DNA of 64,000 nucleotides from Alphaproteobacteria bacterium. Its GTDB lineage: Bacteria > Pseudomonadota > Alphaproteobacteria > JBBDQX01. The translations under genes and the position numbers were made by a program. The DNA lies in the NCBI GenBank assembly GCA_965601735.1, contig OZ271840.1:910590-974589 (forward strand), read 5' to 3'. Positions 1 to 9,958 of this stretch are shown here, one piece after another (within the stretch, counting starts at the first letter, position 1; the number at the start of each line of letters is the position of its first letter). The notes under the pieces were generated by a model. It searched no databases. It was not told the DNA's origin and saw nothing but the letters and a program-made list of their open reading frames with translations.

Positions 1-137
1 AGGCCCAGTGCCTCACCGAGCTTTTCCTGGCTCATGCCAAGAAGATTGCGCCGCAGTCGAACCCGGCTACCGACATGGATGTCGATCGGGTTGGGCCGCT
101 CGGACGAAAACCGGCGGCCGGTCTTGGTTTCAATCAT
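1..137 (-). CDS. XRE-family helix-turn-helix protein, N-terminal part only (gene runs off the left edge of the window)
   Basis: Manual minus-strand translation from ATG at 137: MIETKTGRRFSSERPNPIDIHVGSRVRLRRNLLGMSQEKLGEALGL..., a typical HTH_3/XRE start. Absent from the ORF track because it is truncated by the window edge. Confidence 0.6.
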   Translation of the reverse strand, partial: MIETKTGRRFSSERPNPIDIHVGSRVRLRRNLLGMSQEKLGEALG

Positions 138-290
138 TCGTCTGACCTGAACTCGTTACGCTTTTTTTTGCCGCCACCGCACGCCGCGATGGCAGGCCCC
201 CTGTCGTCTTTATTTTACCCCGGCTCGTTGACCGGAGGGCGGGGAATATGCGGCAACATAAAACGCTATGCAACAGGCACGATTCCGGGG

Positions 291-1862
291 TTATCCGGGC
301 CGCTGCTGCCGCTCCCGCCGCCGCGCCAAGAGCCCGCAGGTTCCGACCAGCAGGATAGCGAGCGCGGCGGTGGCGTTGCCCCATCGGGCGAAAGGCGTCG
401 GCGTCAGTGCCTCCGGCAGCGGGTGATCGATCACGCCACCCGCGTTGATGCCGAGGCGCGCGCGCACCCGGCCATGGCCGTCGATGACGGCCGATATTCC
501 AGTATTGGCCGCGCGGATGAGGGGCAAGCCCTCCTCGACCGCGCGAAGTTGGGCGGCGGCGAGATGCTGATAAGGGCCCGCGCTGTCTCCGAACCAGGCG
601 TCGTTGGTGACATTCAGTAGCCAGCGCGGACGCATTTCGCCGGCGGCCACGACCTTGCCCGGAAAGATCACCTCGTAGCAGATCAGCGGGCTGAACGGCG
701 GCAACCCCGGGACTGTCAGGGTGCGCGGCCCCGGCCCGGAGGTGAAGTCACCCTGGCCCTGGGCAATCCGCTCCACCGGCAGGACGCCGCGCAAGGGGAC
801 GTACTCACCAAACGGGACCAGGTGCGCCTTGTCGTAAACCGCCGCCACATCGCCCGTGCCGTCGATGACGAGCAGGCTGTTCCAGGCCTGAAAGGCCGGC
901 TGGCGGCGTAGCCGCACCGCCCCAGTCAGGACCGCCCCGCCCGGCGGTGCAACGGCGGCAACCTGGGCGCGTCGCGCGCGGTCGGTTTCCAGGAAATAGG
1001 GCACAGCAGTCTCGGGCCAGATCACGTGGGTTGGAGACGGCGCACCGTCGACAGGCGGGGCGGTGCTGCGCCGAAGGTAGTTGGCGAGGTGCGTCTCACG
1101 TAAGGCAAGGTCCCACTTTTCAGCCTGCGGGACATTGCCTTGAACAATTCGAAGCTGGACACTCGCCACCGTGGCGTCCGGCGAGAGCGCGAGCCGGGCA
1201 GCCCCGGCGGCCCATAGGGCCACGAGCAGACCCAGCGCCAGGACCGGTCCCGCCCGGCGCGCCATGGGACGGGAATCGGCCACCAGCGCCGCAAGGCCGG
1301 CAGCGAGGATAGTGACCAGGCTGAGCCCGTAGGCGCCAATCCAGGCGGCGGACTGCATCATCGCCTCGGTCCCAGTCCAGGCCGTGGCGATCAGGTTCCA
1401 GGGAAAACCCGTGAGCACCCAGCCCCGCAGCCACTCCGCGATGGTCCAGGCCACCGCAAGTGCGACCGGGCGAGCCACGCTGCCCGCCGGGGTGGTCGCC
1501 GTGGCCGCGAGGGCGGCGAAGCCAAAGAAAAGTCCGAGTCCCGCAGCGAGCACTGGTACGGCCAGCGGTACAAGCCACCAGAAGCGGTCCGCTTCAACCA
1601 GCAGCGAGTGGGTAATCCAGTAAAGTCCGGCGGCAAAGAAGCCAGTTCCGAACAGCCAGCCGATCAAGAAGGCGGCCCGCAACGGCCGGCGTGCCGGCGC
1701 CTCCAGGAGCCACAAAAACACCGGCACGGAGAGCAGCAGTACTGGCACCGCGTGGACCGGCGGCAAGGCAGCGGCAGCGGCCGCACCGGCGGCCACAGCC
1801 ACAGCCACCCTGCGCCAGCCGGCCAGGGCGGCGATGGCGGCGCGCGCCCGGGCGGCGGTCAT
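291..1862 (-). CDS. lnt: Apolipoprotein N-acyltransferase
   Basis: ORF 291..1922: multi-TM N-terminus plus C-terminal CN-hydrolase domain (..PETAVPYF.., ..LICYEVIFP.., ..NDAWFG..). Last gene of the ybeZ-ybeY-corC-lnt cluster. Start set to ATG 1862 (MTAARARA) to avoid overlap with corC; 1922 is the alternative. Confidence 0.92.
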   Translation of the reverse strand: MTAARARAAIAALAGWRRVAVAVAAGAAAAAALPPVHAVPVLLLSVPVFLWLLEAPARRPLRAAFLIGWLFGTGFFAAGLYWITHSLLVEADRFWWLVPLAVPVLAAGLGLFFGFAALAATATTPAGSVARPVALAVAWTIAEWLRGWVLTGFPWNLIATAWTGTEAMMQSAAWIGAYGLSLVTILAAGLAALVADSRPMARRAGPVLALGLLVALWAAGAARLALSPDATVASVQLRIVQGNVPQAEKWDLALRETHLANYLRRSTAPPVDGAPSPTHVIWPETAVPYFLETDRARRAQVAAVAPPGGAVLTGAVRLRRQPAFQAWNSLLVIDGTGDVAAVYDKAHLVPFGEYVPLRGVLPVERIAQGQGDFTSGPGPRTLTVPGLPPFSPLICYEVIFPGKVVAAGEMRPRWLLNVTNDAWFGDSAGPYQHLAAAQLRAVEEGLPLIRAANTGISAVIDGHGRVRARLGINAGGVIDHPLPEALTPTPFARWGNATAALAILLVGTCGLLARRRERQQRPG

Positions 1863-1878
1863 CAGTGACGCCTGCCAG

Positions 1879-2826
1879 TCAGTCGCGGGCGGCCGCGCCA
1901 GCCTCGGCGTCCGCCTCGCCAATGGTCTCGGGAACGCGCACGAACAGGCGCCGGATCCGGCGGGGATCGCCGGACAGCACCTCGAACTCCAGCCCCGAGG
2001 GATGGGTGATGCACTCGCCGCGGCCCGGCACCCGCCCGGCGGTCCGAAACACCAGACCCCCCAGGGTGTCGATGTCCTCTTCGCGCTCCTCGTCGGACAG
2101 GAAGGGTCCGATCATTGCCTCTACATCCTCGACAGGCGCGCGGGCATCGGCGTCGACATGGCCGTCGTCGCGGCGGGTAAATAGTGGCGCCTCAACCGTA
2201 TCGTGTTCGTCATGGATGTCTCCGACGATCTCCTCGACCACATCCTCAATGGTGATCAGTCCGTCGATCCCGCCATGTTCATCGATGACCAGGGCCATAT
2301 GCATGCGCTTCATGCGCATCTCGAGTAGCAGATCGAGCAGCGCCATCGACGGCGCTACGAACAGTGGCTTCCGCAGGATATCGGTGAGGCGGAAATTCTC
2401 CGGGCCACCGGCAGCGAGCACGTCTTTGATGTGGACCATGCCAATGGTGTCGTCGAGGGTGCCGCGATAGACCGGCAGCCGCGAATGGGCTGTGTCGGAC
2501 ATCAGGGCCACGATCTCGTCAAGCGACGCTGTATCTTCCACGCCGACAATATCGGCGCGGGGGACCATCGCGTCCTCCGCGGTCATCTCGCGCTGCTTGA
2601 GGATGTTGGACAGGAGCTGGCGCTCATGGGTGCCCAGCGCGGCCATCGCCGCCTCGCCGCCATCGATCAGTTCCTCAAGGGTCTGGGAAGGCGCTTCCGG
2701 GCGCGGCCGCCCAGACAGTCCGCGCAGCAGCTGTTCAGCCCGTTGCCAGAATGAGCCGCCGGCACTGGCATCTCCCTGTGCGGTCCCCGCAACGCGGGGG
2801 ATCGTACTGGAGGGCTCGTCGTTCAT
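1879..2826 (-). CDS. corC: CBS-domain / CorC_HlyC transporter-associated protein (hemolysin/CorC family)
   Basis: 315-aa ORF with tandem CBS region (MVPRADIVGV.., LPVYRGTLDDTIGMVHIKD) and C-terminal CorC_HlyC domain. Sits between ybeY and lnt as in the E. coli ybeZYX-lnt operon. Confidence 0.88.
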   Translation of the reverse strand: MNDEPSSTIPRVAGTAQGDASAGGSFWQRAEQLLRGLSGRPRPEAPSQTLEELIDGGEAAMAALGTHERQLLSNILKQREMTAEDAMVPRADIVGVEDTASLDEIVALMSDTAHSRLPVYRGTLDDTIGMVHIKDVLAAGGPENFRLTDILRKPLFVAPSMALLDLLLEMRMKRMHMALVIDEHGGIDGLITIEDVVEEIVGDIHDEHDTVEAPLFTRRDDGHVDADARAPVEDVEAMIGPFLSDEEREEDIDTLGGLVFRTAGRVPGRGECITHPSGLEFEVLSGDPRRIRRLFVRVPETIGEADAEAGAAARD

Positions 2827-3332
2827 GCTGTTCGCACCGGTTCGGCGGGTGTCACGCCCAGATCGCGCAGAAGCCGCGCCTCCAGCGCCTCCATACGGTC
2901 GGCATCTTCATCGTCGATGTGATCATAACCCAGCAAGTGCAGCACACCATGGACAACCAGATGTGTGAGGTGCCCCTCGACCGTGCGGCCCTCTTCTTCG
3001 GCTTCCCGCAAGGCGGTCTCGAGCGCCACGGCGACCTCGCCCAGCATCCACGCGGGACGCGCCGGATCGGGCGCGTCGATTGGAAAAGAGAGCACGTTGG
3101 TGGGTTTATCGATGCTGCGGTAATCGCGATTCAACGCACGCAATGCGGCATCATCGGCCAGCAGCAACGAGACCTCCCCGCCCGGCGGATAGGGCGCACC
3201 ACAGGCCAATGCCCGTTCGGCCGCAGCGGTGGCGCACGCCTTGGCTCGCGTCACGGCTGTGTGCCAGCCTGGTGCGTCAATTGCGACGGTCACCGTAGGC
3301 AAATCCGGCTCAGTCCTTTTCTGTGCGTCCAC
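2823..3332 (-). CDS. ybeY: Endoribonuclease YbeY (rRNA maturation)
   Basis: Zn-binding motif HLVVHGVLHLLGYDH present. 4-nt overlap with corC start. True start uncertain (in-frame GTG at 3293 would remove the overlap with phoH). Confidence 0.92.
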   Translation of the reverse strand: MDAQKRTEPDLPTVTVAIDAPGWHTAVTRAKACATAAAERALACGAPYPPGGEVSLLLADDAALRALNRDYRSIDKPTNVLSFPIDAPDPARPAWMLGEVAVALETALREAEEEGRTVEGHLTHLVVHGVLHLLGYDHIDDEDADRMEALEARLLRDLGVTPAEPVRTA

Positions 3333-4320
3333 GCTCTTGCTGCTCGTATGCCCGCACGATACGGGTCACCAGATTATGGCGCACAACGTCGCGGTGGCTG
3401 AACCGGACGAAGCTGACACCCTTGACGTCCGACAGGGTGTCGGATGCGTCCTGCAGGCCGGAGCGGGCGCCGCCGGGCAGATCGGTTTGGCTGATGTCGC
3501 CGGTAACCACCATGCGGGAGTTCTCGCCCAGCCGGGTAAGAAACATCTTCATCTGGATGGGCGTCGTATTCTGTGCCTCGTCGAGGATGATGAAGGCGTT
3601 GGTCAGCGTTCGCCCGCGCATGAAAGCGAGCGGTGCGACCTCAATCTCCCCGTTCGACAGCCGCCGCACCACCTGCTCGCCCAGCATGGTGTCGTAGAGG
3701 GCGTCGTAGAGCGGGCGCAGATAGGGGTCGACCTTCTCACGCAGGTCACCGGGCAGGAAGCCAAGCCGCTCACCCGCCTCTACTGCTGGGCGGGATAGGA
3801 TCAGCCGGTCGACCTGGCCGCTGAGCAGCATGGACACCGCCGTTGCCACCGCCAGATAGGTCTTGCCAGTGCCCGAGGGGCCGAGGCCGAATACCAACTC
3901 GTGCTCTTGCATCGCCCGGATGTAGACCGCCTGGGTCGGCGAACGGGGCTCGATGCGGCGCTTACGGGTATGGATGTGGACATCGCCCGCTTCCGTATCG
4001 CCGTCGCCGGTGGCAGCTAGCCCCGCCTGGGCCATGCGCATTGCCGCATCAACATCGGCCGGCCCAACAGCGAGGCCACGCTTCAGCCGGTCGTAAAGCG
4101 AGCGCAGCGCATCGCGGGCAATCTCGGTGTCACCGGCCGAACCGGTGATCGCCACCTGGTTGCCGCGCGAGGCGAGCGAGACACCGAGCTCCTGCTCAAT
4201 GCGCGCCAGATGCTCGTCATATTCGCCATACAGCGCTGAGAGTAAGGAATTGTCGTCGAACTCGAGATGCAGCGCCTCGGGCGCCGCGCCGCCCGCTTCC
4301 GGCGCGTCAACGCGCGTCAT
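3310..4320 (-). CDS. ybeZ: PhoH-like ATPase
   Basis: Walker [14 protein letters not shown], ..FIILDEAQN.. and ..[12 protein letters not shown].. motifs typical of PhoH/YbeZ. Follows miaB with a 4-nt overlap. Confidence 0.92.
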   Translation of the reverse strand: MTRVDAPEAGGAAPEALHLEFDDNSLLSALYGEYDEHLARIEQELGVSLASRGNQVAITGSAGDTEIARDALRSLYDRLKRGLAVGPADVDAAMRMAQAGLAATGDGDTEAGDVHIHTRKRRIEPRSPTQAVYIRAMQEHELVFGLGPSGTGKTYLAVATAVSMLLSGQVDRLILSRPAVEAGERLGFLPGDLREKVDPYLRPLYDALYDTMLGEQVVRRLSNGEIEVAPLAFMRGRTLTNAFIILDEAQNTTPIQMKMFLTRLGENSRMVVTGDISQTDLPGGARSGLQDASDTLSDVKGVSFVRFSHRDVVRHNLVTRIVRAYEQQERGRTEKD

Positions 4321-5735
4321 GCGCAGGCCCTCTCGTCCGGCGCCAGCAGCGTGCCGGCGAGGCTATTCGGTCCGGCCGCATCCACCCGGACACGAACAAT
4401 GCGTCCGCGAAGGGCGTCCGGCGCATCGACATGAACTGCCTGCATCCACGGGCTGCGTCCGACGAGCTGGCCGGGCTGGCGGCCCGGTCGTTCGAGCAGA
4501 ATGTCCATTTCCTCTCCCACGCAAGCGCGATTGAAGTCGGCCTGCTGCGTTGACAGCAGTTCCTGTAACGCGGCCAGCCTGGCCGCGGACGTCTCATCCG
4601 GTACCCGCCGGCCCAATGCCGCCGCCGGGGTGCCGGGGCGCGCGCTGTACTTGAAGGAATAGGCTTGGGCGAAGCCAACCGTGCGGACCAGGTCCATGGT
4701 CGCGTCGAAGTCAGCGTCGGTCTCGCCGGGGAATCCGACGATGAAATCGGAACTCAACGCGATGTCCGGGCGTGCCGTGCGCAAGCGCTCGACGATCCGC
4801 AGATAGTCGTCCGCGGTGTACTGCCGGTTCATCGCATCAAGTACCGTATCGCTGCCGGCCTGTACCGGCAGATGCAGATAGGGCATCAGGCCCGGAATGT
4901 CGCGATGCACGGCGTAGAGATCGTCGCGCATATCGCGCGGATGCGATGTGGTGTAACGGATTCGGTGGACGCCCGGGACATCCGCCAGCGCCTCAATCAG
5001 CCGCGCCAGCGACCACTCGCCACCGTCCGGCCCGGCACCGTGGTACGCATTCACGTTCTGGCCCAATAAGGTGATCTCGACCACCCCGCGCGCCGCCAGT
5101 TCCCCTGCCTCGTAGAGGATATCGGCAGCAGGGCGCGAATGCTCGGCGCCGCGGGTGTAGGGCACCACGCAAAAGGTGCAAAACTTGTCGCAGCCCTCCT
5201 GCACGGTAACGAACGCCGACGCGCCGTCTGCGCGAGGCGCGGGCAGGTGATCGAACTTGGAGTCGGCGGGAAAATCGGTATTCACCACACCGCCCTTGCG
5301 GTCTAGCGCCTTGGCGACCATCTCGGGCAGCCGGTGGTAGGCCTGTGGACCGACCACAACATCGACCTGCGGCGCGCGAGCGATGATCTCACCGCCTTCG
5401 GCCTGAGCAACGCACCCGGCAACCGCAAGAAGCATGCGCCCGCCAGTGCGGGCTTTTTCTTCCTGCAGGGCCCGCATCCGGCCAAGCTCAGAATAGACTT
5501 TTTCCGCAGCCTTTTCACGAATATGGCAGGTGTTGAGGACCACTAGGTCGGCATCTGCCGGGTCGTCACTGCGGGCATAGCCATGCGGCGCCATGACGTC
5601 CGCCATACGGTCGGAGTCATAGACATTCATCTGGCAGCCGTAGGTCTTGATGAATAGCCGTTTGGTCAAATCACCCGGCCTCGTCGGCCGTCCGCCGGTG
5701 TCGCGCGGAAACCGCCGCATACGCAGGGCCCGCAA
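4317..5735 (-). CDS. miaB: tRNA-2-methylthio-N6-dimethylallyladenosine synthase (radical SAM methylthiotransferase)
   Basis: N-terminal [14 protein letters not shown], radical-SAM [16 protein letters not shown]-terminal TRAM-like region. Exact start uncertain. Confidence 0.93.
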   Translation of the reverse strand: MRALRMRRFPRDTGGRPTRPGDLTKRLFIKTYGCQMNVYDSDRMADVMAPHGYARSDDPADADLVVLNTCHIREKAAEKVYSELGRMRALQEEKARTGGRMLLAVAGCVAQAEGGEIIARAPQVDVVVGPQAYHRLPEMVAKALDRKGGVVNTDFPADSKFDHLPAPRADGASAFVTVQEGCDKFCTFCVVPYTRGAEHSRPAADILYEAGELAARGVVEITLLGQNVNAYHGAGPDGGEWSLARLIEALADVPGVHRIRYTTSHPRDMRDDLYAVHRDIPGLMPYLHLPVQAGSDTVLDAMNRQYTADDYLRIVERLRTARPDIALSSDFIVGFPGETDADFDATMDLVRTVGFAQAYSFKYSARPGTPAAALGRRVPDETSAARLAALQELLSTQQADFNRACVGEEMDILLERPGRQPGQLVGRSPWMQAVHVDAPDALRGRIVRVRVDAAGPNSLAGTLLAPDERACA

Positions 5736-5777
5736 CCGGCAGGGCCCTGTGGAAAAGTATCATTGCGCTCCGGCGAG

Positions 5778-6608
5778 TCAAGGATGCGGCTCGCGCCTGG
5801 CGGCCACGAGGGCGGCGGCGATGCGTTCCTCGCAATGCTGCGCCAGCGCTTTGCGGTCGGGGAAATCGTCGGCAGAGACCTCGGGCAAGAACGTTACCTC
5901 CACCCGCAGCGGCGCGAGCTTGAGAACGCCCCATAGATGCGGCGCCAGCGACATGTCGCCATACCAGGCGAAGGCCGGGGTCAGCCAGCGCGGCATCGGT
6001 AAGCCGCCGACCCGCCGGTAGGCGATTACCGCTGGCTGCACCGGCACGCTGGCGCCGCCCGCGCCAGCGCCTGTGACGGCGCCGAACAAGGCGCTGCGAA
6101 AAGGCAGCAGCCGAACGCCATTGTTTGTCGTGCCTTCGGGAAAAAGTACCAGGCTGTCGCCGGCGGCCAGCCGGGCATGCATTGCATCGCGCACGCCCGC
6201 GGATCGTACCGCCCGGCGCTCGGCATAAACCGTGCGGCCGAGTGCGGCGAGCAAGTTGATCCCAGGCCAGCCGGCGATGTCGTGGCGCGCTACGAAGGCG
6301 GCATGCACGGTGCTGGCGAACACGGGAATGTCGAGATAGCTGCAATGATTGGCGATGAACAGCGCATGGGGTGATACGGGCGCGCCGGAGACCGTAACCT
6401 CGAGCCCGAGCAGGCGGCACAGGCCGGCGTGGTATATTCGCGCGAGACGTGCCGACAAGCGCCGCTGTGCGGTAACCAGCAGCAAGCCCTGGATGGGGAG
6501 CAGCAAGAAGGTCCAGCCTGCGGCGCAGGCCGCACGCCGCAATGCGCGCCATCGGGATTCGAGTGCTGGCAACGTGGCTGCCGGCACGGAAAGCGCCGTT
6601 GCAGGCAC
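5778..6608 (-). CDS. olsA: Lysophospholipid (1-acyl-glycerol-3-phosphate type) acyltransferase, probable lyso-ornithine-lipid O-acyltransferase
   Basis: PlsC-family HX4D motif (NHCSYLDI) and FPEGTT motif. Lies 4 nt downstream of an olsB-type gene. Confidence 0.75.
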   Translation of the reverse strand: MPATALSVPAATLPALESRWRALRRAACAAGWTFLLLPIQGLLLVTAQRRLSARLARIYHAGLCRLLGLEVTVSGAPVSPHALFIANHCSYLDIPVFASTVHAAFVARHDIAGWPGINLLAALGRTVYAERRAVRSAGVRDAMHARLAAGDSLVLFPEGTTNNGVRLLPFRSALFGAVTGAGAGGASVPVQPAVIAYRRVGGLPMPRWLTPAFAWYGDMSLAPHLWGVLKLAPLRVEVTFLPEVSADDFPDRKALAQHCEERIAAALVAARREPHP

Positions 6609-6612
6609 CGGC

Positions 6613-7434
6613 TCAGCCGCGCGCCCGGTCCCCGACCGACCGTTCGTAGTGCCGGTAGTACTTGTCGGTCACCTTGTCAGTCTGGACGATCACGAGCACA
6701 TCCGTGGTGTTGAACTGGGGATCGATCACTGCGCCATCCCCGACATGACCGCCCAGCCTAAGATACCCCTTCAGCAGCGGCGGCAGTGAGGCGAAGCGGC
6801 GCGGCCGCATGGCACCATCGTCAGGCCCCAGGTTCATGTCCACATAAAGGTCGGGCAAAGCTCGGGGCCGCATGGCAGCCGGTGCCAGGTGATTGTGGTG
6901 CAAATAGGCAAGTTGCGGTGCCAAGGCATCAACATCGATGCCGGGCAAGCTGGCGCAGCCAAACATCAGCTCGATGTCGTGGCGGAACACGTAGGCGGCG
7001 ATGCCGCGCCACAGCAGCTGCAGCGTCGGCTTGTTTCGGTAGTTGGCGTGCACGCAGGACCGGCCCAGCTCGAGCAGCTTTCCTGGATAGGCCATAAGTG
7101 GCGCCAGATCGTATTCGGCGGCGGAATAGAAACCGCCATGATGTTCGGCTTGGGCACCGCGGATCAAACGGTAAGTCCCGACGACGGATTCCGCGCCCTT
7201 GCCCAAGTCGTGGTCGATGACAAGAAGATGATCGCTGATCGGATCGAACGCGTCGTAGTCGCGCTCAAGCTCTGCCATCCGGTCCGTGGGCTGGGCGTCC
7301 ATCTCGCCGTAGAACACCCTGTAACGTAGGGCTTGCGCGGCACGGACGTCGGCTTCGTCCTCGGCGAGCCGAACCTCCAAGCTCTTGAATCGAAGGGCGT
7401 CCGCGCGTGTGGTCGTCGCGTCGGACTGCATCAT
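6613..7434 (-). CDS. olsB: Ornithine-acyl-ACP N-acyltransferase (GNAT, hemolysin-like)
   Basis: 273-aa ORF with the OlsB-type pattern (LRYRVFYGEM.., ..VGTYRLI.., ..LELGRSCVH..YR..). Paired with the PlsC-family gene downstream. Confidence 0.8.
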   Translation of the reverse strand: MMQSDATTTRADALRFKSLEVRLAEDEADVRAAQALRYRVFYGEMDAQPTDRMAELERDYDAFDPISDHLLVIDHDLGKGAESVVGTYRLIRGAQAEHHGGFYSAAEYDLAPLMAYPGKLLELGRSCVHANYRNKPTLQLLWRGIAAYVFRHDIELMFGCASLPGIDVDALAPQLAYLHHNHLAPAAMRPRALPDLYVDMNLGPDDGAMRPRRFASLPPLLKGYLRLGGHVGDGAVIDPQFNTTDVLVIVQTDKVTDKYYRHYERSVGDRARG

Positions 7435-7511
7435 TCAGGGCCTCCAGGGTAACCGCACCAGCAAAACTGGCGGATGGTGCGCGATGTTACGCCGGCATTC
7501 ACATAAACGTT

Positions 7512-7958
7512 TTATGACGTGCTTTTGGGCCGCTTACGCCCGAATAGTTCGAGCCGATGGCAGACCAGATCGAAACCATAGCGCTCCGCGATCTCGCGCG
7601 CGATTTGCTCGTGTCGCTCGTCCTCGAACTCCATGACCTCGCCGCTGTCGACGTCGATCAGGTGATGGTGATGGCCATGCAGGACGCTTTCATACCGCGC
7701 CCGACCGCCGCCAAAATCGTGGCGGTCGAGGATCTCAGCCTCTTCGAACAACCGCACCGTGCGGTAGACGGTCGACAGGCTGATCCGCGGATCCTGCGCA
7801 GTCGCCCGGGCGTGCAATTCCTCAACGTCGGGATGGTCACTGGACTCGGACAGCACGCGGGCGATGACCCGGCGCTGTTCAGTCATTTTCATACCCTTGT
7901 CGATACAAAGCTGCTCGATCCGGGAGACCGGCGCGCGTTTTTCCGCAGGCGATGCCAT
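7512..7958 (-). CDS. fur: Fur-family metalloregulator (alphaproteobacterial Fur/Mur type, no CxxC structural Zn site)
   Basis: Winged-helix region (MTEQRRVIARVL..HPDVEELH..ISLSTVYRTVRLFEEAEIL) and His cluster HGHHHHLIDVDSGEVMEF. Cys pairs of E. coli Fur are absent. Confidence 0.88.
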   Translation of the reverse strand: MASPAEKRAPVSRIEQLCIDKGMKMTEQRRVIARVLSESSDHPDVEELHARATAQDPRISLSTVYRTVRLFEEAEILDRHDFGGGRARYESVLHGHHHHLIDVDSGEVMEFEDERHEQIAREIAERYGFDLVCHRLELFGRKRPKSTS

Positions 7959-8014
7959 GGCGCGGAGTATAACCGAAAGGTATGGCGCAGCCTATAGGCC
8001 CGACGCCGCTAAAA

Positions 8015-8434
8015 TCAGACGCCGATGCGGCGGCCCCGCGGCTTGGTGCCGAGGCCGATCTTCTTGGCCAAGTTACTGCGATGCTTGGCGTAGTTCGGTG
8101 CCACCATCGGATAATCCGGCGGCAGGTTCCAGCGTTCGCGGTATTCCTCGGGGGTCATGTCGTAAGCGGTCTTGAGGTGGCGCTTGAGCATCTTGAGCTG
8201 CTTGCCGTCCTCGAGACAAATGATGTAGTCGGGCGTGATCGACTTCTTGATGGGAACCGCGGGCTGTGGGCGCTCGGGCTGAGACGCGCTGGTGCCGACC
8301 AGAGCCAAAGTCCGGTAAACATCTTGAATGAGCTGCGGCAACTCCCCAACGTTGACCGTGTTATTGCTGACATGTGCGGAAACGATTTCCGCTGTCAGCT
8401 CGAGGAGTTCACTCGCATTGGCTTGGTCGGACAT
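8015..8434 (-). CDS. mucR: Ros/MucR family zinc-finger transcriptional regulator
   Basis: ..LTAEIVSAHVSNN.., ..ITPDYIICLEDGKQLKMLKRHLKTAYDMTPEEYRERWNLPPDYPMVAPNYA..R..LAK..GLG. Start set at ATG 8434 (MSDQANA), preceded by GGGAGAAAG. Confidence 0.93.
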   Translation of the reverse strand: MSDQANASELLELTAEIVSAHVSNNTVNVGELPQLIQDVYRTLALVGTSASQPERPQPAVPIKKSITPDYIICLEDGKQLKMLKRHLKTAYDMTPEEYRERWNLPPDYPMVAPNYAKHRSNLAKKIGLGTKPRGRRIGV

Positions 8435-8553
8435 GAATTCTTTCTCCCGTCGAGACGAGGAGCATCTTATAGAATCATCTATTCTTTGCTGCAATAACTA
8501 TTTCATTATTCAAGAGTCTAGATTTAATTTGACTTGTGTCAGGCAGACTCAAG
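8435..8553. promoter_or_regulatory. AT-rich divergent promoter region between mucR and the tusA-like gene
   Basis: 8461..8535 is far more AT-rich than the rest of the window. It contains three GANTC sites (8472 GAATC, 8514 GAGTC, 8546 GACTC). Confidence 0.5.
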
Positions 8554-8811
8554 ATGGCTGAAACGGCACGCTTCTACCTCGATATAACACAAGAACTATG
8601 TCCGATGACCTTCGTTCGCACCAAGTTGTTGATTGAAGGGATGCCGGTTGGTGCCGTATGCGAAGTGCGCCTCAAGGGTGCTGAGCCGCTCGAAAACGTG
8701 CCACGGTCAGCCCGAGATCATGGGCATGAGGTGATCGATATCCGTCCAGAGAGCGCCGGCGAGGATGCCGACGCCATACATCTGGTACGTATCCGAAAGC
8801 GGACTGGCTAG
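8554..8811 (+). CDS. TusA/SirA-family sulfur-carrier-like protein
   Basis: 85-aa product with LDITQELCPMTFVRTKLLIEGM (TusA-type active-site Cys context, CPxT instead of CPxP). ATG 8554 preferred over GTG 8536. Confidence 0.7.
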   Translation: MAETARFYLDITQELCPMTFVRTKLLIEGMPVGAVCEVRLKGAEPLENVPRSARDHGHEVIDIRPESAGEDADAIHLVRIRKRTG

Positions 8812-9269
8812 CCCGCCGCCCGCGCCATCAATACGGCATCGATCCGCGCGGACCCGCCTGGCTGCGGCGCATAGTAGCCCGCGCGCCGTCCAGTCTCGGC
8901 GAAGCCGCAGTGCCGGTAAAGGGCCAACGCGGCGGCATTGTCCGCTGCCACCTCCAGATGCATCGTCTTGACGCCCTCCCGACACGCATGGCGGAGGGCT
9001 TCGGCCACCAGCGCAGCGCCCACACCGTGCCGCCGCGTCTCAGGACGCACCGCAAGCGTGATGATCTCTGCCTCTGCCGCCGCGCTGCGACAAAGGATGA
9101 ACCCGGCCGCGGTTCCTTCCCAATCGGCACCGAGGGCGAAGGCGCCAGGGCCGCGCAGCAAGCCGTGCAGACTTTCCGCCGACCAGCTGCGCTCAAAGGA
9201 AAGGCGATGAAGTTCCGCCAGCGCGGCCGCTGCAGATGCGTCCACCGCCGCCACAGTGGGCGTACTCAA
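8808..9269 (-). CDS. rimI: Ribosomal-protein-alanine N-acetyltransferase
   Basis: GNAT motif (..EIITLAVRPETRRHGVGAALV..) and position immediately after tsaB (4-nt overlap), the usual tsaB-rimI pair. Confidence 0.85.
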   Translation of the reverse strand: MSTPTVAAVDASAAAALAELHRLSFERSWSAESLHGLLRGPGAFALGADWEGTAAGFILCRSAAAEAEIITLAVRPETRRHGVGAALVAEALRHACREGVKTMHLEVAADNAAALALYRHCGFAETGRRAGYYAPQPGGSARIDAVLMARAAG

Positions 9270-9958
9270 GGACTGCTCCTGGGTCTCGCCTCAGGCGCGC
9301 GCAAATAGAGCGGTCGTGGTACCAGCTCCGGCAGTTGCCCGAGGTGCCGCCGTATCGCAACTCGTGCGACCGCCGCCGCGTCGGGCGGCTGCGGGCGCAG
9401 CAACGGGGAATCTGGCCCCGCCTGGCCAGCATTCCAAAGGCCCGCCGCCTGTGCCAGATAGACGCCATCTCCAGCCACCAGTAGCGGCCCTCCTGGCAGA
9501 TGGTCAGCCAAAGCCTCGGCTGTGACGACGGTGGGATCGGCGGCGGCCCGCCCGTCGGGTGCAAACAATTGAAGGAACAGATCGCCGCGACGGCTATCGA
9601 TCAGTACGGCGATGGGCCTGCCGACCGCTTCGGCCCTCACGGCTTCCGCGACGGCCTCGCAACTGGTGGCGGCGGCAAGGGGCAGCGCGGCAGCCAGCGC
9701 AATCCCGCGCGCGGCGGCAAGGCCGATACGCAACCCGGTGAACGAGCCGGGGCCCACTCCCGCTGCGATCAAGTCGAGATCTGCGAAATCCAGACCTGCA
9801 ACGTCCATCGCCTCAAGCACGCCGGGCAGCAAAAAGGCGGCATGACCCTGACGGGCCTCACGCCGCCAAGCACCGGTGACCTGGCCGCCCACTGTCACAG
9901 CAACCGAACAGGCGGATGTGGCGCACTCGACGGCGAGAACGCGCGTAGGAACGGTCAC
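9266..9958 (-). CDS. tsaB: tRNA threonylcarbamoyladenosine (t6A) biosynthesis protein TsaB
   Basis: [15 protein letters not shown].. N-terminus and ..[22 protein letters not shown].. motif. Start set to GTG 9958, which overlaps the upstream stop (GTGA). Confidence 0.88.
   Translation of the reverse strand: MTVPTRVLAVECATSACSVAVTVGGQVTGAWRREARQGHAAFLLPGVLEAMDVAGLDFADLDLIAAGVGPGSFTGLRIGLAAARGIALAAALPLAAATSCEAVAEAVRAEAVGRPIAVLIDSRRGDLFLQLFAPDGRAAADPTVVTAEALADHLPGGPLLVAGDGVYLAQAAGLWNAGQAGPDSPLLRPQPPDAAAVARVAIRRHLGQLPELVPRPLYLRAPEARPRSSP

Noticed and set aside
130-384. 84-aa minus-strand ORF spanning the lnt 3' end and the intergenic region
   Set aside because: It overlaps the lnt stop region and the promoter region of the XRE gene, and it is Arg/Ala-rich. 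The real gene here is the truncated XRE HTH ORF starting at 137 in a different frame.
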